Part shown: positions 18,732 to 28,292 of the stretch, piece after piece
Position numbering within the stretch: position 1 is the first letter of the stretch
Layout of the letters: every line of letters begins with the position of its first letter
DNA from: an uncultured Candidatus Saccharibacteria bacterium
GTDB lineage: Bacteria > Patescibacteriota > Minisyncoccia > UBA6257 > JACOXY01
Assembly: GCA_964357615.1 (NCBI GenBank)
Contig: CAYHMC010000001.1
Span: forward strand, 66,602-130,601
Length of the DNA: 64,000 nt
Reading direction: 5' to 3'
Notes under the pieces: generated by a model
What the model was told of the DNA's origin: nothing
The model's input: only the letters and a program-made list of their open reading frames with translations
Databases searched by the model: none
Position numbers and translations under genes: made by a program

Positions 18732-20363
18732 TTATTTCTTTGAAGATGCCTTTATAAATTGCACAAACAAAGGATGGGGTTCGAATGGTCTCGATTTAAA
18801 CTCTGGATGAAATTGTGTTCCAACAAAAAAAGGATGAATTGATTTTGGAAGCTCAATAATTTCCACAAGATTTTTTTCAGGATTAATGCCAGATACGATT
18901 AGGCCTGCCTTTGTAATTTGATCAAAATAATCGTTATTAAATTCATAGCGATGACGATGTCTTTCAGTTATTAAATTATCGCCATATGATTCTTTCGCAA
19001 TCGTTCCCTTTGTAAGTTTGCAGGGATAGCTACCAAGCCTCATTGACCCTCCAAGATTTTTATTGGTTTTAACATTCTGGGCTTGTTCTGGCAGAACATC
19101 TATAACTGGATGTTTCGTATCTTTATCAATTTCAGTAGTATTCGCATTTTTTAGCCCGCAAATATTTCTCGCAAATTCAACGGTTGCAAGTTGCATCCCA
19201 TAGCACAAGCCTAGGTATGGAATTTTATTTTCTCTAGCATATTTTATAACTTTAATTTTTCCCTCGATGCCACGAGAGCCAAAACCTCCAGGAACAATAA
19301 TGCCATCATAGATTTTTAGCTCCTTCAGTTTTTTTGGGTCTTTTTCATAACTTTCAGCGTCCAGCCAATGTATTTCAGGTTTAACTCCAATGTGAGCAGA
19401 GGCATGTCTGATTGCCTCAATTACTGAAATATATGAATCAGACAAAGTAAATGAACCAGTAGAAAAATATTTACCTGTAATTGCAATTTTCACAGGTTTT
19501 TTTGCAGATTTAATTTTGTCGTAAAAATTTTTCCATTTTAAATTGCCAGTCTTTTTTGGTTTTAAATTAAATTTTTGTAAAATTTGTGAAGATAGATTAT
19601 CTTTTTCAAAATTCAACGGAACTTCATAAATGCTTTTTACGTCTGGTGCAGAAATTATAAATTCTGGAGCAATGTTACAAAAAACAGATATTTTTTCTTT
19701 TCGAGGTTTATCTAGTGGCACAATTGACCTTGCAAGAATCATATCTGGTTGAATACCCGCGCTTTGAAGTGCGCGAACAGCATATTGCGTTGGTTTTGTT
19801 TTCATTTCTCCAATTTTTTGCGGAACGGGAAGATAACTAACAAGAACAAACATTACATCATTTGGATTTTTAAGTTTCATCATGCGTCCAGCTTCTAAGA
19901 AAAGCATATTTTGATATTCGCCAACTGTTCCACCAATTTCAATCATTACAAAATCTGCCTTAGCAATTTTTCCAGCTTTCTCAATTCTTTTAATAACTTC
20001 TTCTGGAATATGTGGAACAACCTCTACGCATTTGCCGTTATATTCTAAATTTCGTTCACGATTAATTACTGTCTGATAGACCAATCCGGTTGTCATGTAG
20101 TTGTCTCTATAAATATTTTTATGCAAAAACCTTTCATAATTACCAATGTCCTGATCAGTTTCCATTCCATCTTCAGTAACAAAAACCTCACCGTGTTCGG
20201 TGGGGTTCATTGTTCCAGCATCTACATTTATGTATGGGTCGATTTTGCAAGCAGTTACAGAAAAACCTCTATCTTCTAGAATTCGAGCAATGGAGGCAGT
20301 AGCGATTCCTTTTCCAACTCCAGACATTACTCCGCCTATAATAAAGATATAACGAGGTGTCAT
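18732..20363 (-). CDS. pyrG: CTP synthase
   Basis: GGVMSGVGKG, KIDPYINVDAGTMNP.EHGE, GLCYGMQ, ERHRHRYE, QFHPE. Confidence 0.98.
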   Translation of the reverse strand: MTPRYIFIIGGVMSGVGKGIATASIARILEDRGFSVTACKIDPYINVDAGTMNPTEHGEVFVTEDGMETDQDIGNYERFLHKNIYRDNYMTTGLVYQTVINRERNLEYNGKCVEVVPHIPEEVIKRIEKAGKIAKADFVMIEIGGTVGEYQNMLFLEAGRMMKLKNPNDVMFVLVSYLPVPQKIGEMKTKPTQYAVRALQSAGIQPDMILARSIVPLDKPRKEKISVFCNIAPEFIISAPDVKSIYEVPLNFEKDNLSSQILQKFNLKPKKTGNLKWKNFYDKIKSAKKPVKIAITGKYFSTGSFTLSDSYISVIEAIRHASAHIGVKPEIHWLDAESYEKDPKKLKELKIYDGIIVPGGFGSRGIEGKIKVIKYARENKIPYLGLCYGMQLATVEFARNICGLKNANTTEIDKDTKHPVIDVLPEQAQNVKTNKNLGGSMRLGSYPCKLTKGTIAKESYGDNLITERHRHRYEFNNDYFDQITKAGLIVSGINPEKNLVEIIELPKSIHPFFVGTQFHPEFKSRPFEPHPLFVQFIKASSKK

Positions 20364-20466
20364 AATTTAATTAGTATTAAAATTTTATACAGCAAACGCC
20401 AGACTCAAGTTTCAAGATATTAACTTAAGTATCCACAAATTTTTATGGTATAATTATATCACTATT

Positions 20467-20877
20467 ATGGAAGATAAATTTACGCCACAAGAAAGTTTTC
20501 CACAGAATGATATAGAGCGCATTCAAAAAGAAGTTGAGCGTATTAAAAATACACCAGAATTTGAAGGTGTTGATGACCGAGCTGTAATTAAGGAATCAAT
20601 AAAACAAGCCTATCCTCAAATAACCCCACAAAATGTTGCTTCTTCTGCTAGTCCTGTTACTGACCACAATGAGAATAATTTATTGCCTGCGTATATGCAA
20701 AATGATTCAGACGAAGATAAAGACGAAGTAGAAGAGTTAATTCATTTAGCGCTAACAGCTGGAATAGAAATTGCTATTGCGGAAGCTAGAAAAAGACGAA
20801 CTCGCATATTAGACGACCTTCACGATGCGTTAACGGATAAAGTAATGCCGCAGCTCGAAGACAGGAATAAACTTTAG
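20467..20877 (+). CDS. hypothetical protein
   Basis: 136 aa; GI..AI..A.....ILDDLHDAL motif. Confidence 0.75.
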   Translation: MEDKFTPQESFPQNDIERIQKEVERIKNTPEFEGVDDRAVIKESIKQAYPQITPQNVASSASPVTDHNENNLLPAYMQNDSDEDKDEVEELIHLALTAGIEIAIAEARKRRTRILDDLHDALTDKVMPQLEDRNKL

Positions 20878-20905
20878 CCTGAAAATCAAATTACAACTTG
20901 CAGAT

Positions 20906-21358
20906 ATGGAAACACTTATAAAAAAACAAGAAGAATCTCATGATGAAAAAATAAGATCTGGAGTTGAGGAGGTAATTAAAAAAAGATTTAATGCGGCTCT
21001 TTTGTTAGAAAAAGACAAAGAGGAATTACCCAATGATTTTCCAAGCATGATAGCTGAATATGTTGAGTTGATAACAAGGGAACTTAGGGATTTAAAATTA
21101 AGTTCAGACGAGGCATTTAGCAGTTTATTAGCCTTATGTGACCCAGAGCTTGGATGGAATTTAAATGAAAATGTAGAAGTTAAAAATTTTTTACGAAAAA
21201 AAGCCAAAGAAAAAGTTGATGATTTTATTGCTGGGCGTAGCTATCTCTATAAGACTTCTGCTAAGCAAGCTGCTTTAGAAATGGCCGAATATTACGCTGG
21301 TTTAGGAATTTTAAACTTGGATACTGATCACGATCTTTTCAACGAATTAACAAAATAA
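20906..21358 (+). CDS. hypothetical protein
   Basis: 150-aa ORF in operon context. Confidence 0.65.
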   Translation: METLIKKQEESHDEKIRSGVEEVIKKRFNAALLLEKDKEELPNDFPSMIAEYVELITRELRDLKLSSDEAFSSLLALCDPELGWNLNENVEVKNFLRKKAKEKVDDFIAGRSYLYKTSAKQAALEMAEYYAGLGILNLDTDHDLFNELTK

Positions 21359-21365
21359 TTTTCTA

Positions 21366-23792
21366 ATGTCAATTCTTTACATAATTCTCTTTATTATAAT
21401 CTCAACACTCCTTGGTTACGGAGGTTATTTTGTTTATAAAAAATCAAATTCAAAAAGGCTTTTTAAATCGTTAGAATTAGAATTATTTTCTGTCGAACTT
21501 CCGCAGTCAACAAAAAAAGAAGGGGAACCAAAAAATCTTAAAGAAGAGATTAATATGTCAGAGCAATTATTTTCTGCCCTTTCATCTCTTGAAGCACCCT
21601 TTGCGCTTGAGGCGTCAGTGAGCCATATAGGAGAAGATATAAACTTTTATATTGGAGTGCACAAAGACTATGCGCAAACAATCGTAAAACAAATTCAAAG
21701 CATTTGGCCGGGCGGACAGATAAAACCAGCAGAAGATTATAATATATTTAATCCAAGCGGAATAAGTTCTTCTGCTTATGTTACCCAAAAAGATTCCTAT
21801 GCACTGCCAATTCGTACATATCAAGAATTAGAGTCCGACACATTTTCACAAATAGTAGGCGGCCTTTCAAAGCTTGATGAAATAGGAGAAGGAGCAGCTA
21901 TTCAAATTTTAGTAACACCTGCACCAAAAAGCGCTAGAGTTGCAATTGGAAGCCGAATTAAAAGATTAAAAGAAGGAGAGTCTTTGAAAGAAGTTTTAAA
22001 TGCAATGCCTTCGCTTTCAAATATTGCGAAAACTCTTTCTACTACTAATAAAGATAAAGATATTCCAAAAATGAAAATTGTGGACGAACAAGCGGTGAAA
22101 GCTTTAGATATGAAGGCAGGTAAACCACTTTTTGGCGTAAACGCTCGTATTGTGGGTTCGGGACCAACACAAATGCATGCGGAAGCAATAGTAAACGGAA
22201 TTGTTACGGGATTTTCACAATTTAGTGCGCCATTTAGAAATAATTTTAAAGTTGTAAGACCAAGAAATTTAGATAAATTTAATTATCAGTTTGTTTTTAG
22301 AGAGTTTGATGAAAGTCAGATGCTAATAGTAAATAGTGAAGAACTTGCAAGTTTTTTTCATTTGCCAACTACTTCAACAAACATTCCACGCATTAAGTGG
22401 CTTAAATCAAAGGAGGCAAACCCTCCTTCAAATTTGCCAGAATCTGGTGTGTTTATTGGAGAAACATCTTATAGGGGAGAGAAAAAACCAGTTTATATTT
22501 CCGAAGCAGACAGACGTCGTCATGTTTATGTTGTTGGTCAAACTGGAACAGGTAAATCCACTTTAATTTACAATATGGCAGTAAATGATATTCGAGATGG
22601 AAAGGGCGTATGTGTAATTGATCCAAATGGAGATTTGATTGAAATTTTAATTCAGGCAATTCCAAAAGAACGAGTTGATGATTTAATAATATTTGACCCA
22701 GGAGACTTATCGAGGCCATTGGGGCTCAATATGCTTGAATATGACATAACGAAGCCAGAGCAAAAATCTTTTATCAGTGACGAGCTGATGCTAATTTTTG
22801 ATAGATTGTTTGACATGAAAACAGTTGGTGGGCCAATGTTTTTACGCTATGCATCTAATGCCCTTATGCTTTTGATGGACGACCCAGACGAAGGTGGAAC
22901 TTTAGCAGATGTGCCAAGAATATTTACCGACCACGAGTTTAGAAACAAATTAGTTAATAAATGTAAAAATCCACTAGTGCAAGATTTTTGGGTTAAAGAA
23001 GCTTCAAAAGTTAAAGGTGAGTATTCACTTGAAAATACCGCGCCATATTTCACTTCTAAGTTTAATAGCTTTATTGCAAATGATTATGTTAGGCCAATTA
23101 TTGCGCAACCTAAATCCGCATTTAATTTTAGACAAGTTATGGACGAGGGAAAAATATTGCTTGTCAATTTATCAAAAGGAAAAATTGGGGAATTAAACGC
23201 ATCACTTTTGGGTATGATAATTGTTGGCAAATTACAGCTCGCAGCATTTGGAAGAGCTGATATCGTAGATCAAAATGCGCGTAAAGATTTTTATTTATAT
23301 ATCGACGAGTTTCAAAATTTTACAACAGATTCAATTTCAACTATTTTATCAGAAGCTAGAAAATATAGGTTGAATTTAATTATTGCTCATCAATTTATCG
23401 CGCAACTTACAGATAAAATTAGAAATGCAGTATTTGGTAATGTGGGTTCAGTTATTGCCTTAAGAGTCGGAATACAAGATGCAGAAACTTTAGTTAAGCA
23501 ATTTGAGCCTGTATTTAACCAAAATGATTTGATTAATATAGACAACCTTAATGCTTATGTGAGATTGCTTATTAATGGGGAAACTTCGAGACCATTTAAT
23601 ATAAAAGTGCCACTTATGTATATTAATAATCTTGAATATGGCGCTAAATTAAAAGAAATAAATGCGCTAAAATATGGTCGCCCAAGAGCAGAAGTAGAAG
23701 CAAGAGTTTACGAGCGACTTCGTGGTCCAATTGCACCAGTATCACCAGCTGCACCACCAAGCACACCTCCTGTTGTGCCTCCCGATAAATAA
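21366..23792 (+). CDS. VirD4/TraD/HerA-like P-loop ATPase with N-terminal TM
   Basis: DRRRHVYVVGQTGTGKS, IDPNGD, LYIDEFQ, LSEARKYRL, HQFIAQL. Confidence 0.9.
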   Translation: MSILYIILFIIISTLLGYGGYFVYKKSNSKRLFKSLELELFSVELPQSTKKEGEPKNLKEEINMSEQLFSALSSLEAPFALEASVSHIGEDINFYIGVHKDYAQTIVKQIQSIWPGGQIKPAEDYNIFNPSGISSSAYVTQKDSYALPIRTYQELESDTFSQIVGGLSKLDEIGEGAAIQILVTPAPKSARVAIGSRIKRLKEGESLKEVLNAMPSLSNIAKTLSTTNKDKDIPKMKIVDEQAVKALDMKAGKPLFGVNARIVGSGPTQMHAEAIVNGIVTGFSQFSAPFRNNFKVVRPRNLDKFNYQFVFREFDESQMLIVNSEELASFFHLPTTSTNIPRIKWLKSKEANPPSNLPESGVFIGETSYRGEKKPVYISEADRRRHVYVVGQTGTGKSTLIYNMAVNDIRDGKGVCVIDPNGDLIEILIQAIPKERVDDLIIFDPGDLSRPLGLNMLEYDITKPEQKSFISDELMLIFDRLFDMKTVGGPMFLRYASNALMLLMDDPDEGGTLADVPRIFTDHEFRNKLVNKCKNPLVQDFWVKEASKVKGEYSLENTAPYFTSKFNSFIANDYVRPIIAQPKSAFNFRQVMDEGKILLVNLSKGKIGELNASLLGMIIVGKLQLAAFGRADIVDQNARKDFYLYIDEFQNFTTDSISTILSEARKYRLNLIIAHQFIAQLTDKIRNAVFGNVGSVIALRVGIQDAETLVKQFEPVFNQNDLINIDNLNAYVRLLINGETSRPFNIKVPLMYINNLEYGAKLKEINALKYGRPRAEVEARVYERLRGPIAPVSPAAPPSTPPVVPPDK

Positions 23793-23806
23793 ACGAAAAA
23801 AAATTT

Positions 23807-24355
23807 GTGATAGATGACAAAATATTTATTGCAGAAGTAAAAACAAAATCTCCCTTTGGGTATAGCTCCTCAAATTTTTTTGAGGAGCTATTTGATTTAG
23901 CAAATACTTATGGGGATGTGATTTCAATCCATACAGACAAAAGGTGGGGAGGATCGTTTGAGTTGCTTCAAGAAGCAAGAAAACTAACAAGCAAACCAAT
24001 TTTAGCAAAGGGGATTCATAAAACCGACGAAGAAATAAATAGGGCGCTTTCTTGTGGGGCAAACTTTGTTTTAGTTGTTGGCAGAATACCAAAAGATATA
24101 TCCCCAGAGTTCCTTCTAATTGAGCCAGTCTCTTTAGAAGAGCTCAGAGCAATTCCAAAAAATTATAAAGTTGTTTGGAATGCAAGAAATTTAGAAACTG
24201 GTAATCCAAAGTTTGAAACATTCGCAGAGGCGCGTAAAATTTTTGATGGTTGGCTCTGTCAGGCAAGTTTTATTAAAATAAAAAATGATATAGAAAAAAG
24301 TGCCAATGCAATTCTTGTAGGGGAAAATTTGAAAGAATTTACATCATCTCTTTAG
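23807..24355 (+). CDS. shortened indole-3-glycerol-phosphate synthase-like TIM barrel
   Basis: IAEVKTKSP, ISIHTD..WGGS, PILAK, WNARNL, AILVG; only 182 aa. Confidence 0.75.
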   Translation: MIDDKIFIAEVKTKSPFGYSSSNFFEELFDLANTYGDVISIHTDKRWGGSFELLQEARKLTSKPILAKGIHKTDEEINRALSCGANFVLVVGRIPKDISPEFLLIEPVSLEELRAIPKNYKVVWNARNLETGNPKFETFAEARKIFDGWLCQASFIKIKNDIEKSANAILVGENLKEFTSSL

Positions 24356-24436
24356 CTGCGGTTTAGATAATTTTGCTATGTAGTGGTATAATTCAATAGT
24401 TGGTTAAAACTTAGTAAATTTTTTTTTGCTAAAATT

Positions 24437-24754
24437 ATGGATCTACTAGTATTTTTAATTATCGTTGTACCTATTTTTGTGATTTTTGTCTATTTTGATA
24501 TTGAAAAAAAATATTATGCTCTGTCACTTTCCTGGAAAGGAGCTCTCGGCGGGTTATTGGTTGGTTTCTGTTTGATGTTAAGTAAGTCACTTATTTTAAA
24601 TTCCCCTCAACAGCTTTATTTGGCGTATACAAATTTATCTTCATATTTACCCTCCTTAATTTTATCTGTGCTAATTTTTATTATACCGTCCTGTATTCTT
24701 GGATTTTTAATTGGTATGATGATTGAAAGGATTATTTCAAAAACTAGAAAATAG
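24437..24754 (+). CDS. 3-TM hypothetical membrane protein
   Basis: Hydrophobic 105-aa ORF. Confidence 0.65.
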   Translation: MDLLVFLIIVVPIFVIFVYFDIEKKYYALSLSWKGALGGLLVGFCLMLSKSLILNSPQQLYLAYTNLSSYLPSLILSVLIFIIPSCILGFLIGMMIERIISKTRK

Positions 24755-24767
24755 TTTAATTAAATCA

Positions 24768-25853
24768 ATGATTAAGTACTTAAGTAAAACAAATTCGAAT
24801 AAATTAACTTGTGTCGCAATTGTGCGACTTGATTTTAATACTGAAGATGATTGGAGACTGCGAGCCTCAATACCAACACTAGAACTACTTTTAAAGCATT
24901 CAAAGGCTTTAGTGATACTTAGCCACAAGGGCAGGCCACTAGGGTTTCAGAAACAATATACCTTGCGTAATGACGCTCAAAAACTCTCACAGTTACTAAA
25001 TAAAAATGTAAACTTTATTGATAATTTTAATTTTGATGAGATAAGACATAAGATTGCAGATTCAATTCCAAAATCTATTTTCGTCCTCGAAAATCTTCGT
25101 TTTGTCTCTATGGAAAAAGGTAACGATGATTCTTTTGCTAAAAACTTAGCGTCACTTGGAGATTATTTTGTTAACGAAGCATTTGCAGTAAGCCATAGAG
25201 CAGAGGCTTCTGTTGTTGGAATCACAAAATTTCTTCCATCTTATGCAGGGCTTGGGTTAGAAAAAGAAATTAAAAACTTATCAAGAGTGATGACAAAACC
25301 AAAAAGTCCACTAATCATGATTTTTGGCGGTGCGAAAAGTGCCGATAAATTAGCTGTTATTAAATATTTTAGAAAAAAAGCTAAATATTTTTTGATTGGC
25401 GGAGCACTTGCAAATACATTACTTTATTTAAAAGGAACGGATATTGGCACTTCGCTTTTTGAACCAGATGTAAATAAAATGATTAAAAATTTAAGCAATG
25501 ACAAAGCAATAATTTTACCAACAGATTTTAGAAAGCAAGGCTCAAAAATACTAGACATTGGACCTAAAAGTACCTCACTTTTTGCAAAAAAAATTAAAGA
25601 GGCAAAAACAATTGTTTGGAATGGTCCGCTAGGATTAATAGAACGAGAAGCATTTAGGGCTGGTACAATTGGCATAATGAAAGCTATTGCTATGAACAAA
25701 AACGCATTTAGCGTTGTTGGAGGTGGTGAGACTGTAATGATATTAAAAGAGAAGGGTTTTTATGATAAAATAAGTTTTGTTTCAACTGGTGGTGGTGCAA
25801 TGTTAGATTTTTTAGCTGGTAAAAAACTTCCAGGTATTGAAGCGCTAAAGTAA
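24768..25853 (+). CDS. pgk: phosphoglycerate kinase
   Basis: VRLDFN, SHKGRP, LENLRF, WNGPLG, VGGGET, VSTGGGA; likely start is ATG 24768. Confidence 0.96.
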   Translation: MIKYLSKTNSNKLTCVAIVRLDFNTEDDWRLRASIPTLELLLKHSKALVILSHKGRPLGFQKQYTLRNDAQKLSQLLNKNVNFIDNFNFDEIRHKIADSIPKSIFVLENLRFVSMEKGNDDSFAKNLASLGDYFVNEAFAVSHRAEASVVGITKFLPSYAGLGLEKEIKNLSRVMTKPKSPLIMIFGGAKSADKLAVIKYFRKKAKYFLIGGALANTLLYLKGTDIGTSLFEPDVNKMIKNLSNDKAIILPTDFRKQGSKILDIGPKSTSLFAKKIKEAKTIVWNGPLGLIEREAFRAGTIGIMKAIAMNKNAFSVVGGGETVMILKEKGFYDKISFVSTGGGAMLDFLAGKKLPGIEALK

Positions 25854-25854
25854 A

Positions 25855-25973
25855 CCCGTACGAAATAACTGATAAATTTGTTTAACAAACAAAGAAAATA
25901 ATAATGAAGAAATGTCGACTTACAATATTTATAAATTAATTACGATCATCCTTGATGATCTAATTCATACGGG
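25855..25973. mobile_element. 119-bp element with terminal inverted repeats ending directly before the ATG of the DHH gene
   Basis: CCCGTACGAAATA ... TAATTCATACGGG|ATG (11/13 match); internal hairpin GATCATC-CTT-GATGATC. Confidence 0.65.
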
Positions 25974-26798
25974 ATGAAAAATATAGTTATCTTATACCAT
26001 GCTGATTGTTCAGACGGCATTGCTGCTGCTTGGGCTACTTGGAAATATTTTGGTGAAAATGCAAGTTACATTCCAATAGGGAATCAGGTAGAGCCACCAA
26101 AGGGCTTAATCGACAAAGAGATTTATACAGTTGATTTTGCTTTTCCTAAAGACATTGCAAGAAAAATTATAAAATCGAATAAACGACTTACGGCAATAGA
26201 TCACCACATTTCAAATAAATCCGCCATAGCCATCACTTATAAACCCCTCTATGCACTAAAGCATTCAGGCGCAACACTCGCATGGAAATATTTTCACGGA
26301 AATAAAAAAACGCCAATATATCTAAGATATATTGAGGATGCTGATTTGTGGAAATTGAAAATGCCTCATGCAAAAGAATTTGTTGCAGCGAGACAATTAC
26401 CAGAAAAGGAAATTCAAACAATTGACGATTTAGTTAAGAAGTTCGAAAGTGCTAATTTTAGAAAAAAATATTTTGCATTTGGTAGAGTACTGCTTAAATA
26501 TCAAAAAATATTAATTTATAATATTTTAAATAACAAAGAAGAAGTTAAAATTCACGGCAAAAAGGCCTTGGTAGTTAATTCACCGGTTTTTATTGACCAA
26601 CTCGCTACAATTATGTACCAAAAAGTTCCTGTTGCAATAATTTGGCATCACAAAAAAAATTCTATTAAAGTGTCACTCAGGTCAAACGGAACCGTGGATG
26701 TTTCAAAAATTGCATCTAAATATGGAGGAGGAGGGCATAAAAGCGCCTCAGCTTTTAAATTACCAAAAAATTCAAAATTACCGTGGCTAAAAAAATAA
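25974..26798 (+). CDS. DHH/DHHA1 phosphoesterase
   Basis: YHADCSDG, VDF, IDHH, SLRS...GGGGHKSA. Confidence 0.92.
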   Translation: MKNIVILYHADCSDGIAAAWATWKYFGENASYIPIGNQVEPPKGLIDKEIYTVDFAFPKDIARKIIKSNKRLTAIDHHISNKSAIAITYKPLYALKHSGATLAWKYFHGNKKTPIYLRYIEDADLWKLKMPHAKEFVAARQLPEKEIQTIDDLVKKFESANFRKKYFAFGRVLLKYQKILIYNILNNKEEVKIHGKKALVVNSPVFIDQLATIMYQKVPVAIIWHHKKNSIKVSLRSNGTVDVSKIASKYGGGGHKSASAFKLPKNSKLPWLKK

Positions 26799-27241
26799 AC
26801 TCAGTTAAAAATTCTTTATTTCAAACCACAAATGATATAGTGGTTTTTATTGATGGCGGAGCGAGAGGAAATCCAGGTCATTCAGCTATTGGGGTTGTAA
26901 TAGCGATTAATGGAGCAAAGAAAAAATACGGAGAATATATTGGTATTAATACTAATAATGTTGCAGAGTATTCCGCATTAGTTTTTGCGCTTAAAAAAAT
27001 TAAACAATTATTTGGAAAAGAAAAATGCAAAGAACTTAAGATTCAAATAATGAGTGATAGCGAACTTCTTGTAAGGCAAATGACCGGAATATATAAAATT
27101 GAAGAACCAAAACTTCGTGATTTATTTATGGATATTTGGAATCTTAGATTGGATTTTGATGATGTGTCATTTCAGCATATCCCACGGGAAAAAAACAAAG
27201 AAGCAGATGAACAAGTGAATATTGCTCTAGACAATAACTAA
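26783..27241 (+). CDS. rnhA: ribonuclease HI family protein
   Basis: IDGGARGNPG, TNNVAEY, SDSEL, HIPREKNKEAD. Confidence 0.93.
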   Translation: MAKKINSVKNSLFQTTNDIVVFIDGGARGNPGHSAIGVVIAINGAKKKYGEYIGINTNNVAEYSALVFALKKIKQLFGKEKCKELKIQIMSDSELLVRQMTGIYKIEEPKLRDLFMDIWNLRLDFDDVSFQHIPREKNKEADEQVNIALDNN

Positions 27242-27251
27242 TTTTAAAATG

Positions 27252-27416
27252 TTATCCCTCATGCATTTTGCATGCTGACTTTCGCATTTCATCGCTCTAT
27301 AAAAGTGGAGCTCGCTTCCACCCATTACTCTTGGGACAGGGAGGATCGTTTTAGTTATCTTTGTAACCGCAGAGCTCTATATTAAACAAAGAATTTTATG
27401 GTTTGTTAGCTAAAAT
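27252..27416 (+). repeat. dispersed intergenic element, copy 3
   Basis: TTATCCCTCATGCATTTTGCATGCTGACTTTCGCATTTCATCGCTCTATAAAA, then GTTTTAGTTA...TAGCTAAAAT. Confidence 0.8.
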
Positions 27417-27427
27417 AAAAAACCGCC

Positions 27428-27628
27428 TTAGGGGCGGGGAAATCCATTCAGAAGAACGCGCTTCCAGCCAGCAAATCTTATTGCCAACTTGGAAATTTTT
27501 CTACGTTTTTTGTGTGGCTTAGATATGATCACAGGCACATCTTCTCCAATATTTGGAACAAAAATTATCGAGTTTCTTTTTTCGAATCCTCGTCGATTAA
27601 AGACTCTAATTCGTCGTCTAAGTCTCAT
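27428..27628 (-). CDS. small basic hypothetical protein
   Basis: 66 aa, Arg/Lys-rich; follows the stop of 27629-27838; terminator overlaps its stop. Confidence 0.5.
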   Translation of the reverse strand: MRLRRRIRVFNRRGFEKRNSIIFVPNIGEDVPVIISKPHKKRRKISKLAIRFAGWKRVLLNGFPRP

Positions 27629-27838
27629 TTATCTCGGCCTCATATCAATTCCATTTATTCGGTTTAATATTTCACTAGAGCAGATTGTTATTTTATGATT
27701 TGCAATATCAGAGACGGAAGATGCGCCGGCTTTTTTTGAAACTTGTACTAATTCAACTATAAGCTCATTATCATTAAACATTTTGATTCTAGTTTCATAT
27801 CCAACAAGCTGACTTAAAACAAACTCACTATCTTCCAT
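27629..27838 (-). CDS. small hypothetical protein, paralog of 27972-28178
   Basis: Shared pattern I....D..L..ELV...K......S....H.K...C......NR. Confidence 0.7.
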   Translation of the reverse strand: MEDSEFVLSQLVGYETRIKMFNDNELIVELVQVSKKAGASSVSDIANHKITICSSEILNRINGIDMRPR

Positions 27839-27971
27839 TTTTATCTCGGCTCTTAAAAAACTAAATAAAACATTATCATATAATAGACCTTCTGCACAAT
27901 AAGGTTGTCGTGTAGAATATTTAAATTACAAAAATAAAACTGCCAAATATGTGGCAGTTTAAGGTAAGTAG

Positions 27972-28178
27972 CTACCTTGTTTTTAGTCTATTAAAAAGTT
28001 GTTCTTTGCAAAATTTCAATTTAGTGTGAGAGAAATTTCTCGATGATTTTGCGAGTGCACTTTCCTTTGCAGATTTTACTAGTTCCTCAACCAATAATTC
28101 ATCTGGCAATTGGCGAATTTTGTATAAGATAAGACCGCGGTCGGCTTCGCGTGATACACAATTTTTTACTTTTGTCAT
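27972..28178 (-). CDS. small hypothetical protein, paralog of 27629-27838
   Basis: Same pattern; ATG 28178 follows the GCCGAGA motif; terminator at 27937-27960. Confidence 0.7.
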   Translation of the reverse strand: MTKVKNCVSREADRGLILYKIRQLPDELLVEELVKSAKESALAKSSRNFSHTKLKFCKEQLFNRLKTR

Positions 28179-28236
28179 TTCTCGGCTCACTTTCAAAACT
28201 AACTATTCCTAAATTAGCATAAATAGTAAGAAAATC

Positions 28237-28260
28237 AAAATCGCCCGTTAGGGCGATTTT
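28237..28260. terminator. bidirectional-type terminator downstream of rnpB
   Basis: AAAATCGCCC-GTTA-GGGCGATTTT. Confidence 0.8.
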
Positions 28261-28292
28261 GTGACAAGCCATTGCATAAAGCTATGGCTTGT

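Noticed and set aside
21366-23792. VirD4-like ATPase as evidence of a conjugative element
   Set aside because: No relaxase, VirB4 or other T4SS genes are nearby; solo copies among housekeeping genes are common in CPR.
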